Shown: positions 34,418 through 43,910, numbered from the stretch's first letter. The stretch is DNA of 55,991 nt from Eubacteriales bacterium (GCA_045632105.1 JAZQVZ010000034.1:1-55991); one strand, 5' to 3'. The notes: generated from the letters alone by a model not told the origin. Numbers and translations are program-made.

Positions 34418-35116
34418 ATGAGATACGATATTGTGCTTTTTGATGCCGACGGAACGCTTCTTGATTTTCACAGAAGCGAGCGAGAGGCTGTTCGCGAGGC
34501 TCTTGCTATGTCGGGAATAGATGCTGACGATGAAATGATAAAAAAATACAGTGAGATCAACGACGGTCTTTGGAAGATGCTTGAGCGCAAGGAGATAGAG
34601 CGCAGCGTGCTGCTCTATCACAGATTTGAGCTTTTCTGCGAGTATTACGGATACTCTGCGGACGCTAAAAAGATCGCTGTTGACTATATGAACACCCTGT
34701 CCACCAAGGGATATCTTATTGACGGCGCAGAGGAGCTGCTTCAGTCGCTTCTCGGCAAGGCGAGAATGTACATAGTTACAAACGGCGTTGAGTTTATTCA
34801 GCGCGAGAGATACGCCCGCACGGGTATTGGTAAATATTTTGACGGTCTGTTTATTTCCGAGGCTATCGGCTTTAACAAGCCCGACGTGAGATATTTCAAC
34901 TACGTTACCGAGCATATTGAGAATTTCGACGCTTCTCGTGCTTTGGTGGTGGGAGATTCTCTTACCTCTGACATCAAGGGCGGAATAAATGCGGGCATCG
35001 ACACCTGCTTCTATGACCCCTGTGGAAAGGGAGCATCGGGAGATATAATCCCCACGTATACGGCTCTTGATTTTGATGCTGTTTACGACGTTATAGTCGG
35101 GGAGGACGGCAAATGA
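34418..35116 (+). CDS. HAD-superfamily hydrolase (YjjG-like nucleotidase subfamily)
   Basis: 232 aa; DxDxT motif VLFDADGTLLDF and VVGDSLTSDIKGG motif. Confidence 0.8.
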   Translation: MRYDIVLFDADGTLLDFHRSEREAVREALAMSGIDADDEMIKKYSEINDGLWKMLERKEIERSVLLYHRFELFCEYYGYSADAKKIAVDYMNTLSTKGYLIDGAEELLQSLLGKARMYIVTNGVEFIQRERYARTGIGKYFDGLFISEAIGFNKPDVRYFNYVTEHIENFDASRALVVGDSLTSDIKGGINAGIDTCFYDPCGKGASGDIIPTYTALDFDAVYDVIVGEDGK

Positions 35117-35997
35117 TATCGGCTCTTGTTGAGAGTGGAATAGCTTTTAAGGAGAACGAGAGCGTTGCCTCTTATTCTACCTTTAAGGTAGGGGGAGTGG
35201 CAACTCTATCGGTGTTTCCCAAGAGCCGTGAGGAGCTTATAACCGCCCTTGGAATACTTTCTGCCGAGGGTATCAAAACCGAGATCATTGGAAATGCATC
35301 TAACGTTCTTTTTGCATTTGATAGGTTCGAGGGCGCTTTGATATTTACCTGCGGAGTGTCGGGAGCGCGCGTTGAGGGTGAGCGCCTGTACGCCGATTGC
35401 GGCAGCTCTCTGACCCATATCTCGCGCCTTGCGTGTGACTCCTCGCTTTCGGGTCTTGAGTTTGCTTACGGAATTCCCGGTCTTGTAGGTGGCTCGGTAT
35501 ATATGAATGCGGGAGCGTATGGTTCCCAGATAGGCGCGGTGCTTGAATACAGCGACGCTTACGATCTCTCCTCTGGAGAGGTGGTAAGGATATACGATCA
35601 CGGCTTTGATTATCGCGAGAGTATATATATGGAGCGCCACGAGCTTGTTTGCCTTGGCGGTTGCTTTGCTCTTACCTTGGGTGAGCGTGAGGCTATATCT
35701 GCCAAGATGCGTGAAAATATGGATTCGAGAAAGAAGAATCAGCCTCTTGAATTTCCCAGCGCAGGAAGCTATTTCAAGCGCCCTGTGGGACATTTTGCAG
35801 GTAAGCTTATTGAGGACTGCGGTCTTAAGGGAATGAGAGTCGGAGGGGCAGAGGTATCCGAGAAGCACGCGGGATTTATTATAAATCGCGGCGGCGCTAC
35901 GTGGCAGGATATTCTGGCTCTTGAAGAAAAAATAAAGGAGATTGTTATGAGCCGATACGGCGTTCTTCTTGAACGTGAGGTAAGGCTTATAAAGTGA
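35113..35997 (+). CDS. murB: UDP-N-acetylenolpyruvoylglucosamine reductase
   Basis: 294 aa; FKVGG, GNASNVLF and PSAGSYFKRP motifs; 4-nt overlap with the upstream gene. Confidence 0.92.
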   Translation: MISALVESGIAFKENESVASYSTFKVGGVATLSVFPKSREELITALGILSAEGIKTEIIGNASNVLFAFDRFEGALIFTCGVSGARVEGERLYADCGSSLTHISRLACDSSLSGLEFAYGIPGLVGGSVYMNAGAYGSQIGAVLEYSDAYDLSSGEVVRIYDHGFDYRESIYMERHELVCLGGCFALTLGEREAISAKMRENMDSRKKNQPLEFPSAGSYFKRPVGHFAGKLIEDCGLKGMRVGGAEVSEKHAGFIINRGGATWQDILALEEKIKEIVMSRYGVLLEREVRLIK

Positions 35998-36000
35998 GTT

Positions 36001-36888
36001 ATGTCTTTTACTAAGCGAGTTGTAGAGGAGCTTATAGGCGCGGAGCAGGGCAAGACCTGCTGTCGAAAGGCTATTGCCTGTGGGCTTTTTTGGGGCGCGT
36101 CCTTGCTTGAGGGCAGAGTTATAAGCGCGGAATTCTCGAGTGACGCGGCGGCTGAATATGCGTCGGGGATATTGACCAAGAATTTTTCCTCCTCCCCCGA
36201 GATAAAAAGAACGGGAAGAGCGGGAAGATATTGGTATTCGGTGACGGCGCAGACCAAGGCTATGTGGGGTCTTTTGCAGAGCGCGGATAACGAGGCTGAT
36301 GAGCGAAGCATTTCCGAGATAGTAGGCTTTAAGTGCGACGAGTGCGCTCACGCTTTTTCGAAGGGTGCATTTATAGCTCTTGGACACATAAATGATCCTC
36401 GTAAGAGCTATCATTTGGAGTTTTTGCTTTCTCCTTCGGTGAGAGCAAAGCGCTTGGCGGATTTCCTTTCCTGTGAGATAGGAGAGGTAAAGACGATTCA
36501 GAGAGAGCAGAGAACGGGTATATATTATAAAAGAAATATGCTTATAACAGATCTGCTTTATCACATTCGCGCCATGAAAACAGCGTTTGAGTATTCGGAT
36601 ATATGTATCGAGAATGAGATCCGTAACAGAGAAAACCGTGCGACGAATTTCGTTGCCAGCAACATATCGAAATCGGTTGAGGCATCTCAGCGACAGGTTG
36701 CGGCGATCGAGGAGCTTGTTGCTACGGGAGCTATGCTGAAGCTCCCCGAGGAGATTCTGTATACGGCAAGATTGAGGATAGAAAATCCAGACGCTACACT
36801 TTCGGAGCTTGCGCGACTTCACGAGCCGCCTATATCTAAGTCGGGGCTTAACCGCCGCCTTAACAGAATTCTTGAAGAATTAGAATAA
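36001..36888 (+). CDS. whiA: DNA-binding sporulation/cell-division regulator WhiA
   Basis: 295 aa; N-terminal SFTKRVVEELI, degenerate LAGLIDADG-like core, C-terminal HTH ISKSGLNRRLNRI. Confidence 0.9.
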   Translation: MSFTKRVVEELIGAEQGKTCCRKAIACGLFWGASLLEGRVISAEFSSDAAAEYASGILTKNFSSSPEIKRTGRAGRYWYSVTAQTKAMWGLLQSADNEADERSISEIVGFKCDECAHAFSKGAFIALGHINDPRKSYHLEFLLSPSVRAKRLADFLSCEIGEVKTIQREQRTGIYYKRNMLITDLLYHIRAMKTAFEYSDICIENEIRNRENRATNFVASNISKSVEASQRQVAAIEELVATGAMLKLPEEILYTARLRIENPDATLSELARLHEPPISKSGLNRRLNRILEELE

Positions 36889-36926
36889 AAGAAACCCGTT
36901 GAGCATTGCTCAACGGGTCTTTTTTA
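36889..36926. terminator. Bidirectional terminator between whiA and the convergent membrane-protein gene
   Basis: ACCCGTTGAG-cattg-CTCAACGGGT hairpin plus TCTTTTTT; overlaps the stop codon of the minus-strand gene. Confidence 0.8.
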
Positions 36927-38771
36927 TTGTTCGTTTTCCTCGGGTTTAGCTTCGGGTGTGGGAATCTTTGTAAAGCCCGGAATGGTGCAGGAATCGGTTA
37001 CTACCGAGAACTTCTTGCCGTTGGAGGTGTAGAAGATCTTGGTGGTGCCTATCTCGTCCTCGAAATAAGCGTAACCCTTCTTAGCTACGCCCATTGCTAT
37101 CTCGGGGGTCTTGATGAGGGTTGCAGACTTGAATTCTGCTTCCTTTTTGGTAGATCCCTCGGTAGATACGTAGATCTTGGTTATGCTGTCCTCGTTAGTT
37201 TCGGAGAAGTATACGGAATTTACGCATACCTCCATAGAATCGAGGTCGGCGGAGCTGGTGATTACTGTTCTGTTTTTATCGGAGCGGTCCCAGAAATAGA
37301 TGAATCCCTTGTCTACGTCCTTTACAAATGCGTAGATGTCACCGCTTTCTATTACGTCAAAAGAGGTAACTCCTGCGAGGACTACCTGAGTATCCTTGGA
37401 GAAATCCTTGCTCTTAAGCTTGACCTGCAAGAGAGTGCTTTCTCTCTCGGAATCTATATAGTAGAAATATTTTTTATCGGGGGAGAACTTGCCTATGGTG
37501 TCTGCTATCTTGCGGGCGCCTTCCTTTTTGTCAAGGTAATACGTAGATACCTGTGTATGCTCATTATCCTCCTCGTCGACCGTTGTCTTGGTGCAGAGGA
37601 AATAGGAGTTGAGGAAGGTTTCGGGACATACTATGGTGCTGTCGGCGTATATAGGAGTGAAGATGCCCTCTGCGATCTGTCTGGGCTCACTCTCACCGAT
37701 CTTATACATGTAGGATACGGGCTGGGTCTTGTTTTTGGGCTGAACGCAGAAGATTATCTCGTTGCCCTTTACGTTGATACCTGTGATACCAAGGATCTCG
37801 CCCATTCCCGAAGCGGTTATTACATTCTGGGTATGACTCTCTGCGTTCTTAGTAACGGTTATGTAGCAGAGAACGCCTCTGAAGATACCGTAGATATAGG
37901 TTCCGTCCTTGGAGATTACCGAGGGAGTGAAGTTGTAGGGGCCGATCTTAGTGGATCCGCCGTTGGAGAAATACTTGAGCTCGGTGGTGTTTTCCTTGTC
38001 GTCGGATTCTACCGTGTAAACTACTACGCCAGCATCTCCCGAAATGATAAAGTTGTCTGCCTTGGGATTGCTGCTTATAAGCGACTGGTCGTTCTTAGAA
38101 TAGTAATAGGACTTTCCGTTCTGCTTGTAAACTATACCGGGGGCATAGTCAGCAAGTGCCAGAGGCTTATCGTCGGCTGTGGCTTCGACGGGAGTGATCT
38201 TGTTACCGTCGAGAATATACATTTTATATGTTGTCTTATCGTTTTCCTTGGCTGCTTTTTCAAAAACGTATGCAAAGGAACTGTCGGCGGAGGGAATGAC
38301 CTCGAGCTCGCCGTCAAAGGCTTGCTCGATAACCTTACCGTTAGATGCCAAGCGATACTTTCCTGCGTTGTCTATGTAGCTGATGTAAACGTCGTCCTCC
38401 ATTTTAATGTTCTTGGGAGGAGCAAACAGGACGGCAACGATAATAACGATTGCCAAAATAATCGCGAGAGCGGCTGCGCCTATGAGAAGAATAAGCTTCC
38501 AAGGGAGCTGGGGCTGAGGATTTCTGCGGCGAGGGGGCTGCTTTTTAGGTTGACCCTGACGGGTAGGACCGCCCGCTCCCTGAGGACGCACAGGGCGGGG
38601 TGCTCCTTGGGGCGCCGCCTGAGGTCTGTTTGCGGTTGTTCTGAAGGCGTTGAAGTCCTCGTCTACCTCGGATCTTGTGAGAAAGCTCTCGGTTTTTGCA
38701 CGGCTGTTAGAGTTGTACGAACCGCTTCCCGCGGTTGCCATAGCCGGTGTCATATTATTGTTAAAAAGCAT
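36924..38771 (-). CDS. Bitopic membrane protein: Pro/Gln/Arg-rich cytoplasmic tail, one TM, large Tyr-rich repeat ectodomain (beta-propeller-like); function unknown
   Basis: 616 aa from the ATG at 38771 (GGAGG RBS 7 nt upstream; the ORF-track start at 38831 was rejected). TM WKLILLIGAAALAIILAIVIIVAVLF. More than 10 recurring phi-Y-phi...(D/N)G... beta-hairpin-like units. Confidence 0.75.
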   Translation of the reverse strand: MLFNNNMTPAMATAGSGSYNSNSRAKTESFLTRSEVDEDFNAFRTTANRPQAAPQGAPRPVRPQGAGGPTRQGQPKKQPPRRRNPQPQLPWKLILLIGAAALAIILAIVIIVAVLFAPPKNIKMEDDVYISYIDNAGKYRLASNGKVIEQAFDGELEVIPSADSSFAYVFEKAAKENDKTTYKMYILDGNKITPVEATADDKPLALADYAPGIVYKQNGKSYYYSKNDQSLISSNPKADNFIISGDAGVVVYTVESDDKENTTELKYFSNGGSTKIGPYNFTPSVISKDGTYIYGIFRGVLCYITVTKNAESHTQNVITASGMGEILGITGINVKGNEIIFCVQPKNKTQPVSYMYKIGESEPRQIAEGIFTPIYADSTIVCPETFLNSYFLCTKTTVDEEDNEHTQVSTYYLDKKEGARKIADTIGKFSPDKKYFYYIDSERESTLLQVKLKSKDFSKDTQVVLAGVTSFDVIESGDIYAFVKDVDKGFIYFWDRSDKNRTVITSSADLDSMEVCVNSVYFSETNEDSITKIYVSTEGSTKKEAEFKSATLIKTPEIAMGVAKKGYAYFEDEIGTTKIFYTSNGKKFSVVTDSCTIPGFTKIPTPEAKPEENEQ

Positions 38772-38969
38772 AAAATACCTCCGTGAAGCAATAAATGCAA
38801 ATATACTTATACGTTGTAATAATTTTACCATATTTATAATATATTTTACAAGAGCATATTGTTACTAAACTATTAACACAATGTTAACACTACTATATAT
38901 TGTAATTTTTTCATAAAATGGTCACTGTATTTTGCGGTGGAGTGGCTTTTGACCGATTTTCAGTATTAG

Positions 38970-38998
38970 GAATATTCGGAGCTTCCGCATCATATTAT
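38970..38998 (+). promoter_or_regulatory. Candidate sigma-E type promoter of the spoIIIA operon
   Basis: GAATATT-14 nt-CATATTAT; -35 7/7 and -10 6/8 matches to the remembered B. subtilis sigma-E consensus; 31 nt upstream of the spoIIIAA ATG. Confidence 0.55.
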
Positions 38999-39029
38999 TT
39001 TACAGAAAAGAGAAAAGGCGGGATGTGGT

Positions 39030-39995
39030 ATGTCAACGGTGATAAATCTTAAAAACCGAAACGAGGATCCTTATGAAACAGCGGTTCTTGACAGGGTAAA
39101 GCGCTTTTTGCCCGATAGGATTCTTGCGGAGATTGATGGAATGCGGTGGAACTCGGGAGAGCGGATAGAGGAGATACGCCTGCGAAGTGGTCACCGAGCC
39201 AGCCTTACGGTGGGCGGGGCGCGGGGCAAACGAAATCTGCTTCTTTCTGCCGTTACCGATGCAGACGAGCTGTTCGGAATACTTACCGAGATGTGCGACA
39301 GCTCGCTGTATGCTTACGGCGAGAGCATAATCAAAGGATACATTTCCATTGATGGTGGCATTCGCATTGGTGTCTGCGGACACGCTTCGGTGGAGAACGG
39401 CAGAGTGCTTGGAGTTCGCAATATATCGGCTTTGAACATACGCTTGCCCTGCGCTACGGCAGAGGTGGCTGGAAAAATAAGAGAGAGGATACGCCTTGCC
39501 GCGCTTAGGGGCGAGGGAACTCTGATATATTCTCCTCCTGCTCAGGGAAAGACGACTATACTTCGTTCGCTTGCTCGTAGTCTGTCTAAAGAGATGCGAG
39601 TGGCGTTGGTGGATACCCGCGAGGAGTTCGAGGGTTATTTTAACGACAAGAACCTTTTGATAGATCAACTAACGGGATACCCAAAGGCAGAGGGTATCAG
39701 GATAGCAACGGCTTTTTTAAGTCCCGAGCTTATTATCTGCGATGAGATAGGCGCGGACGAGGCTGACGCCGTAGCAGAGGCGCAGAATTGCGGAGTACCC
39801 CTGCTAGCCTCTACTCACGGAAGCGATGCGTCGGGTATTCTGCGCAGGAGTGGAATTCGTAGGCTCCACGAGGCGGGAGCTTTTGGACTTTATCTTGGAA
39901 TACGTATAAAATACGGTGAGGGCTTTGAATACTGCTTGCAGAGCAGAGAGGAGATAGCTTGTGCAGATATTCGGGATGATTCTTATTCTCTTTAG
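39030..39995 (+). CDS. spoIIIAA: Stage III sporulation protein AA (secretion-type ATPase)
   Basis: 321 aa; Walker A SPPAQGKTT, Walker B LIICDEIG; first gene of an eight-gene spoIIIA layout. Confidence 0.9.
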   Translation: MSTVINLKNRNEDPYETAVLDRVKRFLPDRILAEIDGMRWNSGERIEEIRLRSGHRASLTVGGARGKRNLLLSAVTDADELFGILTEMCDSSLYAYGESIIKGYISIDGGIRIGVCGHASVENGRVLGVRNISALNIRLPCATAEVAGKIRERIRLAALRGEGTLIYSPPAQGKTTILRSLARSLSKEMRVALVDTREEFEGYFNDKNLLIDQLTGYPKAEGIRIATAFLSPELIICDEIGADEADAVAEAQNCGVPLLASTHGSDASGILRRSGIRRLHEAGAFGLYLGIRIKYGEGFEYCLQSREEIACADIRDDSYSL

Positions 39996-40431
39996 CGGCG
40001 TGGGGGCGGCATTTGTTTTGCTTCAGGGGCAGAGAAGGGAGCTTGAGAGTGCAGAAGCGGTCCTCGAGCTTTTGTTGTACGTAAAAACGGCTGTGGACAC
40101 TTATTTAATGACAGCCTCTGAATTGCTTCGCTCTTGCAATGGAGATATTCTACGCAAAATAGGGTATTCGAGCGAGAAGCCTCCCGAAAGCTTTTTGGAG
40201 CTAATGGAGGCGTCGGACATACCCGACGAAACGGTAAGAGATATATTTTTCGACTTTGCAAAGGGCTTTGGAAAAAATTACAGGAGGAGGCAATCGGAGG
40301 ATTGCGCGCTTGCCATTGAAAAGCTGAGATTACGAGTGGGCGAGCTTGAGAAGGCCTTGCCTGTAAGAAGAAGGATGATCGTGAGTATATGTATATCGGT
40401 GTCGCTTATATTGGTGATACTGCTGCTTTAA
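39961..40431 (+). CDS. spoIIIAB: Stage III sporulation protein AB
   Basis: 156 aa; N- and C-terminal TM segments; GTG start with GAGGA RBS; overlaps the spoIIIAA end; position in operon. Confidence 0.8.
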   Translation: MQIFGMILILFSGVGAAFVLLQGQRRELESAEAVLELLLYVKTAVDTYLMTASELLRSCNGDILRKIGYSSEKPPESFLELMEASDIPDETVRDIFFDFAKGFGKNYRRRQSEDCALAIEKLRLRVGELEKALPVRRRMIVSICISVSLILVILLL

Positions 40432-40457
40432 CGATTTAGGATAACGAAGGGTTAGGT

Positions 40458-40652
40458 ATGGAAATAGGACTTATACTTAAAATAGCGGGAGTTGGAATTT
40501 TGGTGTCGGTGCTGACTACAATTTTGGGAAAATCGGGCAAGGACGAGCAGGCGATGCTGGTGACGGTAGCGGGTATCGTTGTGGTGATGCTTATGCTGGT
40601 GGACGAGATAGGAATACTTCTTGAGAGCGTACGCTCGGTTTTTGGGATCTGA
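40458..40652 (+). CDS. spoIIIAC: Stage III sporulation protein AC
   Basis: 64 aa with two TM segments; typical LILKIAGVGILV...GKSGKDEQA sequence. Confidence 0.88.
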   Translation: MEIGLILKIAGVGILVSVLTTILGKSGKDEQAMLVTVAGIVVVMLMLVDEIGILLESVRSVFGI

Positions 40653-40653
40653 T

Positions 40654-41073
40654 ATGGATTACACGGCTGATCTTTTGAGAGTGTGCGGCGTGGCTATACT
40701 CTGCTCGGTCTGCCTGTTGGTCATGGGGCGAGGTTCGGGAGGAATTGCCGCGGCCCTGCGAATAGGCGGGGGAGTGCTGATATTTGGCTCGATGCTTGTG
40801 ATACTCGGAAAGAACGTTGAGGTGCTTGGGGGGCTGTTTGAGGTGGTTGACGGGAGCGCCGATCTTGCCGCAAGGGCTTTTTCGCTGATGCTTAAGGCGT
40901 TGGGAATAGCGTTCATAAGCAAATTCTGCTCTGACATATGCCGCGATTGCGGCGAGTCTACTCTGGCGGGTGGCGTTGAGAGCGTAGGAAGACTTGCGAT
41001 AATATCCCTGTCGCTTCCCGTTGTGGCAGAGATCCTTGGTTATGCCTCGGCTATTTTACAATCGGGAGTGTAG
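40654..41073 (+). CDS. spoIIIAD: Stage III sporulation protein AD
   Basis: 139 aa from the ATG at 40654, 2 nt after the spoIIIAC stop; four TM segments; ORF-track N-terminal extension rejected. Confidence 0.85.
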   Translation: MDYTADLLRVCGVAILCSVCLLVMGRGSGGIAAALRIGGGVLIFGSMLVILGKNVEVLGGLFEVVDGSADLAARAFSLMLKALGIAFISKFCSDICRDCGESTLAGGVESVGRLAIISLSLPVVAEILGYASAILQSGV

Positions 41074-41079
41074 GCGACT

Positions 41080-42210
41080 ATGAGGGGATTTATTGTGGTA
41101 ATTCTCACGGCTATCCTGCTTATGACCCTGCCCGTCTCTGCTGCGGGGCAGACTGTCACTCTGCCCGAGGAGGATTGGGGAAACTTTGAGGAAGCTATAC
41201 CCGACGAGATAAAGGACATGCTTCCGTCGGACGCTTGGGACGGTGACGAGGGATTTTTTGCGAGCGTTGAGGAGATGAGCAGCGCCGAGTACATTATGGG
41301 AGTGATCCTCGACGTTCTTGGGGACAAGCTGGGAAGTACACTTAAGCTGATGCTTATAATATTGGCTTTGTTATTGATCTCCTCAGTATTTAGCGCGGTG
41401 GGAGATGGGATGGAAAATTCTTCACTGTCCTCGGCTATGCGCTTTTGCTCGGTAGGAGCGGTAATATCGGTGGTGGTCAGCGTTCAGTATTCTCATTTTG
41501 AAATGTTAGAGGGCTTTTTTGAAAAGCTCGGCACTATGATGAATGGAATGGTGCCTGTGGTGGCGGGGATCTGGGCTATGGGCGGAAACGTATCCACCGC
41601 AAGCTCGGGAAGCGCCACTCTGTACGTTATGCTGACAGTAAGCAGGGCGCTCTGGTCAAAAACGGTTATACCCGTGTGCTGCGCTCTTACGGTGTTGGGA
41701 TTTTGCGACGCTCTTTCGGATGAGGTCAAGACGTCGAAAATAATGAGCGCTGTGAAAAAGATATATAATTTTTTGCTGGCGTTGGTGATGACAGTGCTTT
41801 TATCTGCGCTGTCCGCGCAGACGACGCTTGCGGCGTCCGCCGACACCACTGCAGCAAGGGCGGCAAAGCTGGTCAGCGGAACGGTGATACCCGTGGTTGG
41901 CGGTAGCGTGGGAGAAACGTTTAGAACTCTTGCGGCAAGTGTGTCTTATCTCAAGGGAGTGTTTGGGGTGGGCGGCATAGTTATGATAGCGATCTTAGTG
42001 CTTCCCGTTCTTATGTCCACTCTTCTTACTCGGTTCGCTTTTCTTGTTTGCGCAGGAATAGCCGATATGCTTGGGTGTCAAGGAGAGGCAAGGCTTCTTG
42101 AAAATCTTGGAGAAAGCTATGGGATATTAGTCGCGGTGGTATCCGGAGTAGGAATAATGTTCGTGCTGTCGCTGTGTATTTTCATGCAGACGGTGGTGGC
42201 AATTGCGTGA
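41080..42210 (+). CDS. spoIIIAE: Stage III sporulation protein AE
   Basis: 376 aa; signal peptide plus polytopic domain; operon position. Confidence 0.88.
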   Translation: MRGFIVVILTAILLMTLPVSAAGQTVTLPEEDWGNFEEAIPDEIKDMLPSDAWDGDEGFFASVEEMSSAEYIMGVILDVLGDKLGSTLKLMLIILALLLISSVFSAVGDGMENSSLSSAMRFCSVGAVISVVVSVQYSHFEMLEGFFEKLGTMMNGMVPVVAGIWAMGGNVSTASSGSATLYVMLTVSRALWSKTVIPVCCALTVLGFCDALSDEVKTSKIMSAVKKIYNFLLALVMTVLLSALSAQTTLAASADTTAARAAKLVSGTVIPVVGGSVGETFRTLAASVSYLKGVFGVGGIVMIAILVLPVLMSTLLTRFAFLVCAGIADMLGCQGEARLLENLGESYGILVAVVSGVGIMFVLSLCIFMQTVVAIA

Positions 42211-42217
42211 GGTTAAA

Positions 42218-42703
42218 ATGAAGGAATATTTTTTGACTGTGATAGCGGTAACGGTTATTGGTGGGATAGTTATTTCTCTTGAGGGAGGAAGGGGCTCAGG
42301 CAGGTACATAAGGCTTTTGTGCGGTGTGTGTACGGCAGGCTGCATAGTGCTTCCTGTTGCTTCCTTGGTCGCTGACGGTTGGTCGGTGGATGATAACTTT
42401 TGGGAATTGTTCAACCAGGAGCAATTTGGGGATAATTATGACGAATATTACAATTGCGCGTTGGATTGTGCCGAAAGTATAAATGCGGATAATATTCTTA
42501 AAAACAATATAATACAAGCGCTCTCGTTAGATAATGGTGATATTGATGCTCATGTAGTGGTAGAAAACAATAGTGGTGAAAAATATATTAAACTTGTGGA
42601 GGTCACGATATACGCTCAAGGACTCGATATCGACCCCCGATTGGTGCAAAAATACGTAAAAGAGCTTCTCGGATGCCAATGTGTGGTATATTATGATGTA
42701 TAA
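42218..42703 (+). CDS. spoIIIAF: Stage III sporulation protein AF
   Basis: 161 aa from the ATG at 42218 (GAGG RBS); two N-terminal TM segments plus a soluble ring-building-motif-sized domain. Confidence 0.8.
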   Translation: MKEYFLTVIAVTVIGGIVISLEGGRGSGRYIRLLCGVCTAGCIVLPVASLVADGWSVDDNFWELFNQEQFGDNYDEYYNCALDCAESINADNILKNNIIQALSLDNGDIDAHVVVENNSGEKYIKLVEVTIYAQGLDIDPRLVQKYVKELLGCQCVVYYDV

Positions 42704-42764
42704 TTTGTGTGTAGAAAAATATAATTAAAAGAATAAATAAGTTTTATTTTCGGGGGCTTATATT

Positions 42765-43265
42765 TTGAAAGAAATGTCGAAAAATACAAATAGTTTCTTA
42801 AAGAGCAAAAAAACGCTTTTTCTCTTTGTGGCTCTGGCGGCTGTTGGAGTGATATTTATGTGCGCGGTGGGCAAGGATAGCGGTGAAGAGAAGAATTCGG
42901 TAAGCATTGAGGATATGGACCCGTCGGTATATGCAGCGGAGGTAGAGGAAAGAGTGGAGGCTCTTTGTAATCGTATCGATGGAGTAAGCTCCACCTATGC
43001 CGTGGTGACGCTTAAAGGTGGGTACAGAGCTATCTATGCGTCGGATAGTCAGGCTGGAAGCAGTAATTCCAAAAATCAGACGGTGATCATAGGCAGTGGC
43101 TCTGGGGAAAGGGGGCTTCTGGTGGGCTATGAAAACCCTGAGATCGCAGGGATTGGGATAGTTTGCTCGGGCGGAGATGACTACAACGTCAAAAAGAACA
43201 TAATTTCGGTGATCTCATCGGCGTTTAACATACCCAGTAACAAAATTTTCGTTGCGGGAAGCTGA
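42765..43265 (+). CDS. spoIIIAG: Stage III sporulation protein AG
   Basis: 166 aa; TTG start 8 nt after GGGGG; N-terminal TM; C-terminal GIGIVCSGGDD...ISVISSAFNIPSNKIFV typical of SpoIIIAG. Confidence 0.85.
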   Translation: MKEMSKNTNSFLKSKKTLFLFVALAAVGVIFMCAVGKDSGEEKNSVSIEDMDPSVYAAEVEERVEALCNRIDGVSSTYAVVTLKGGYRAIYASDSQAGSSNSKNQTVIIGSGSGERGLLVGYENPEIAGIGIVCSGGDDYNVKKNIISVISSAFNIPSNKIFVAGS

Positions 43266-43337
43266 CAAGTCATAAATTTGTTTGCTCGAAAATATATATG
43301 TACCGTAGTAAAAAACGAATTTTCGGAGGAGCTTGTT

Positions 43338-43910
43338 ATGAAAATGGAAAACGCGAAGGATAAATTCGCAGCTTTTTGCCGCAAGGTAGGGAAGAAAAAT
43401 TTTGTGATCGCCGTGGCATTCGTGATGGTTGCGGCGGCTCTTATTGTAGGTATTTCGGTATATAACCGCTCGGACAGTGGCTTTGATTACAGTCAGGGCG
43501 TAGGTCTTCAGTCCGGAAACGGCGCGGGTGGCAATGAAAACGATGGTGGTCAGCAGAGTGCGGCAGATACTTATTTTTCCACTGTTCAGGTGAACCGTCA
43601 GCGCAGCCGTGACGAGGCTCTTGAGGTGCTTCAGGGTGTTGTTGATAACGCCGCTTCGACCGCTACCGCCAAAGAGGAGGCACTTGCCGAGATAAACAAA
43701 ATGGCGAAGGTAATGGAGTCCGAGGCTAATATCGAAACGCTTATCGTTGCAAAGGGATTTGCCGAGTGTGTTGCGGTCATCAGCGGCGAAAATGCCAGCA
43801 TCGTGGTCAAGAGTGAGGGGCTTCAGCCTGCGCAGATATCCCAGATCAATGAGATCGTTTACGAGCAGGCAGGTATTTTGCCTGTAAATATTAAGATCAT
43901 TGAGCGATAA
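43338..43910 (+). CDS. spoIIIAH: Stage III sporulation protein AH
   Basis: 190 aa from the ATG at 43338 (GGAGGAG RBS); N-terminal TM; YscJ/FliF-like C-terminal domain with ECVAVISGENASIVVKSEGL. Confidence 0.85.
   Translation: MKMENAKDKFAAFCRKVGKKNFVIAVAFVMVAAALIVGISVYNRSDSGFDYSQGVGLQSGNGAGGNENDGGQQSAADTYFSTVQVNRQRSRDEALEVLQGVVDNAASTATAKEEALAEINKMAKVMESEANIETLIVAKGFAECVAVISGENASIVVKSEGLQPAQISQINEIVYEQAGILPVNIKIIER

Noticed and set aside
35206-36822. 538-aa minus-strand ORF spanning murB and whiA
   Set aside because: It crosses a gene junction only because murB and whiA are in the same frame. Both sense genes are well supported, so this is a shadow ORF.
36906-38786. 626-aa plus-strand ORF mirroring the 635-aa minus-strand ORF; it was unclear which strand is coding
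   Set aside because: The minus-strand product has a GGAGG RBS, a clean TM helix, a plausible domain organisation and its own promoter and terminator. The plus-strand product is a Gly/Val/Leu/Cys/Tyr-rich string with no RBS. It starts inside the whiA terminator and is in the codon-aligned antisense frame.
38868-38892. TGTTAACA palindrome and GTGTTAA direct repeat in the AT-rich region between the membrane-protein gene and spoIIIA
   Set aside because: These are short, AT-rich motifs of the kind expected by chance in a 258-bp AT-rich intergenic region. No matching second site was found.
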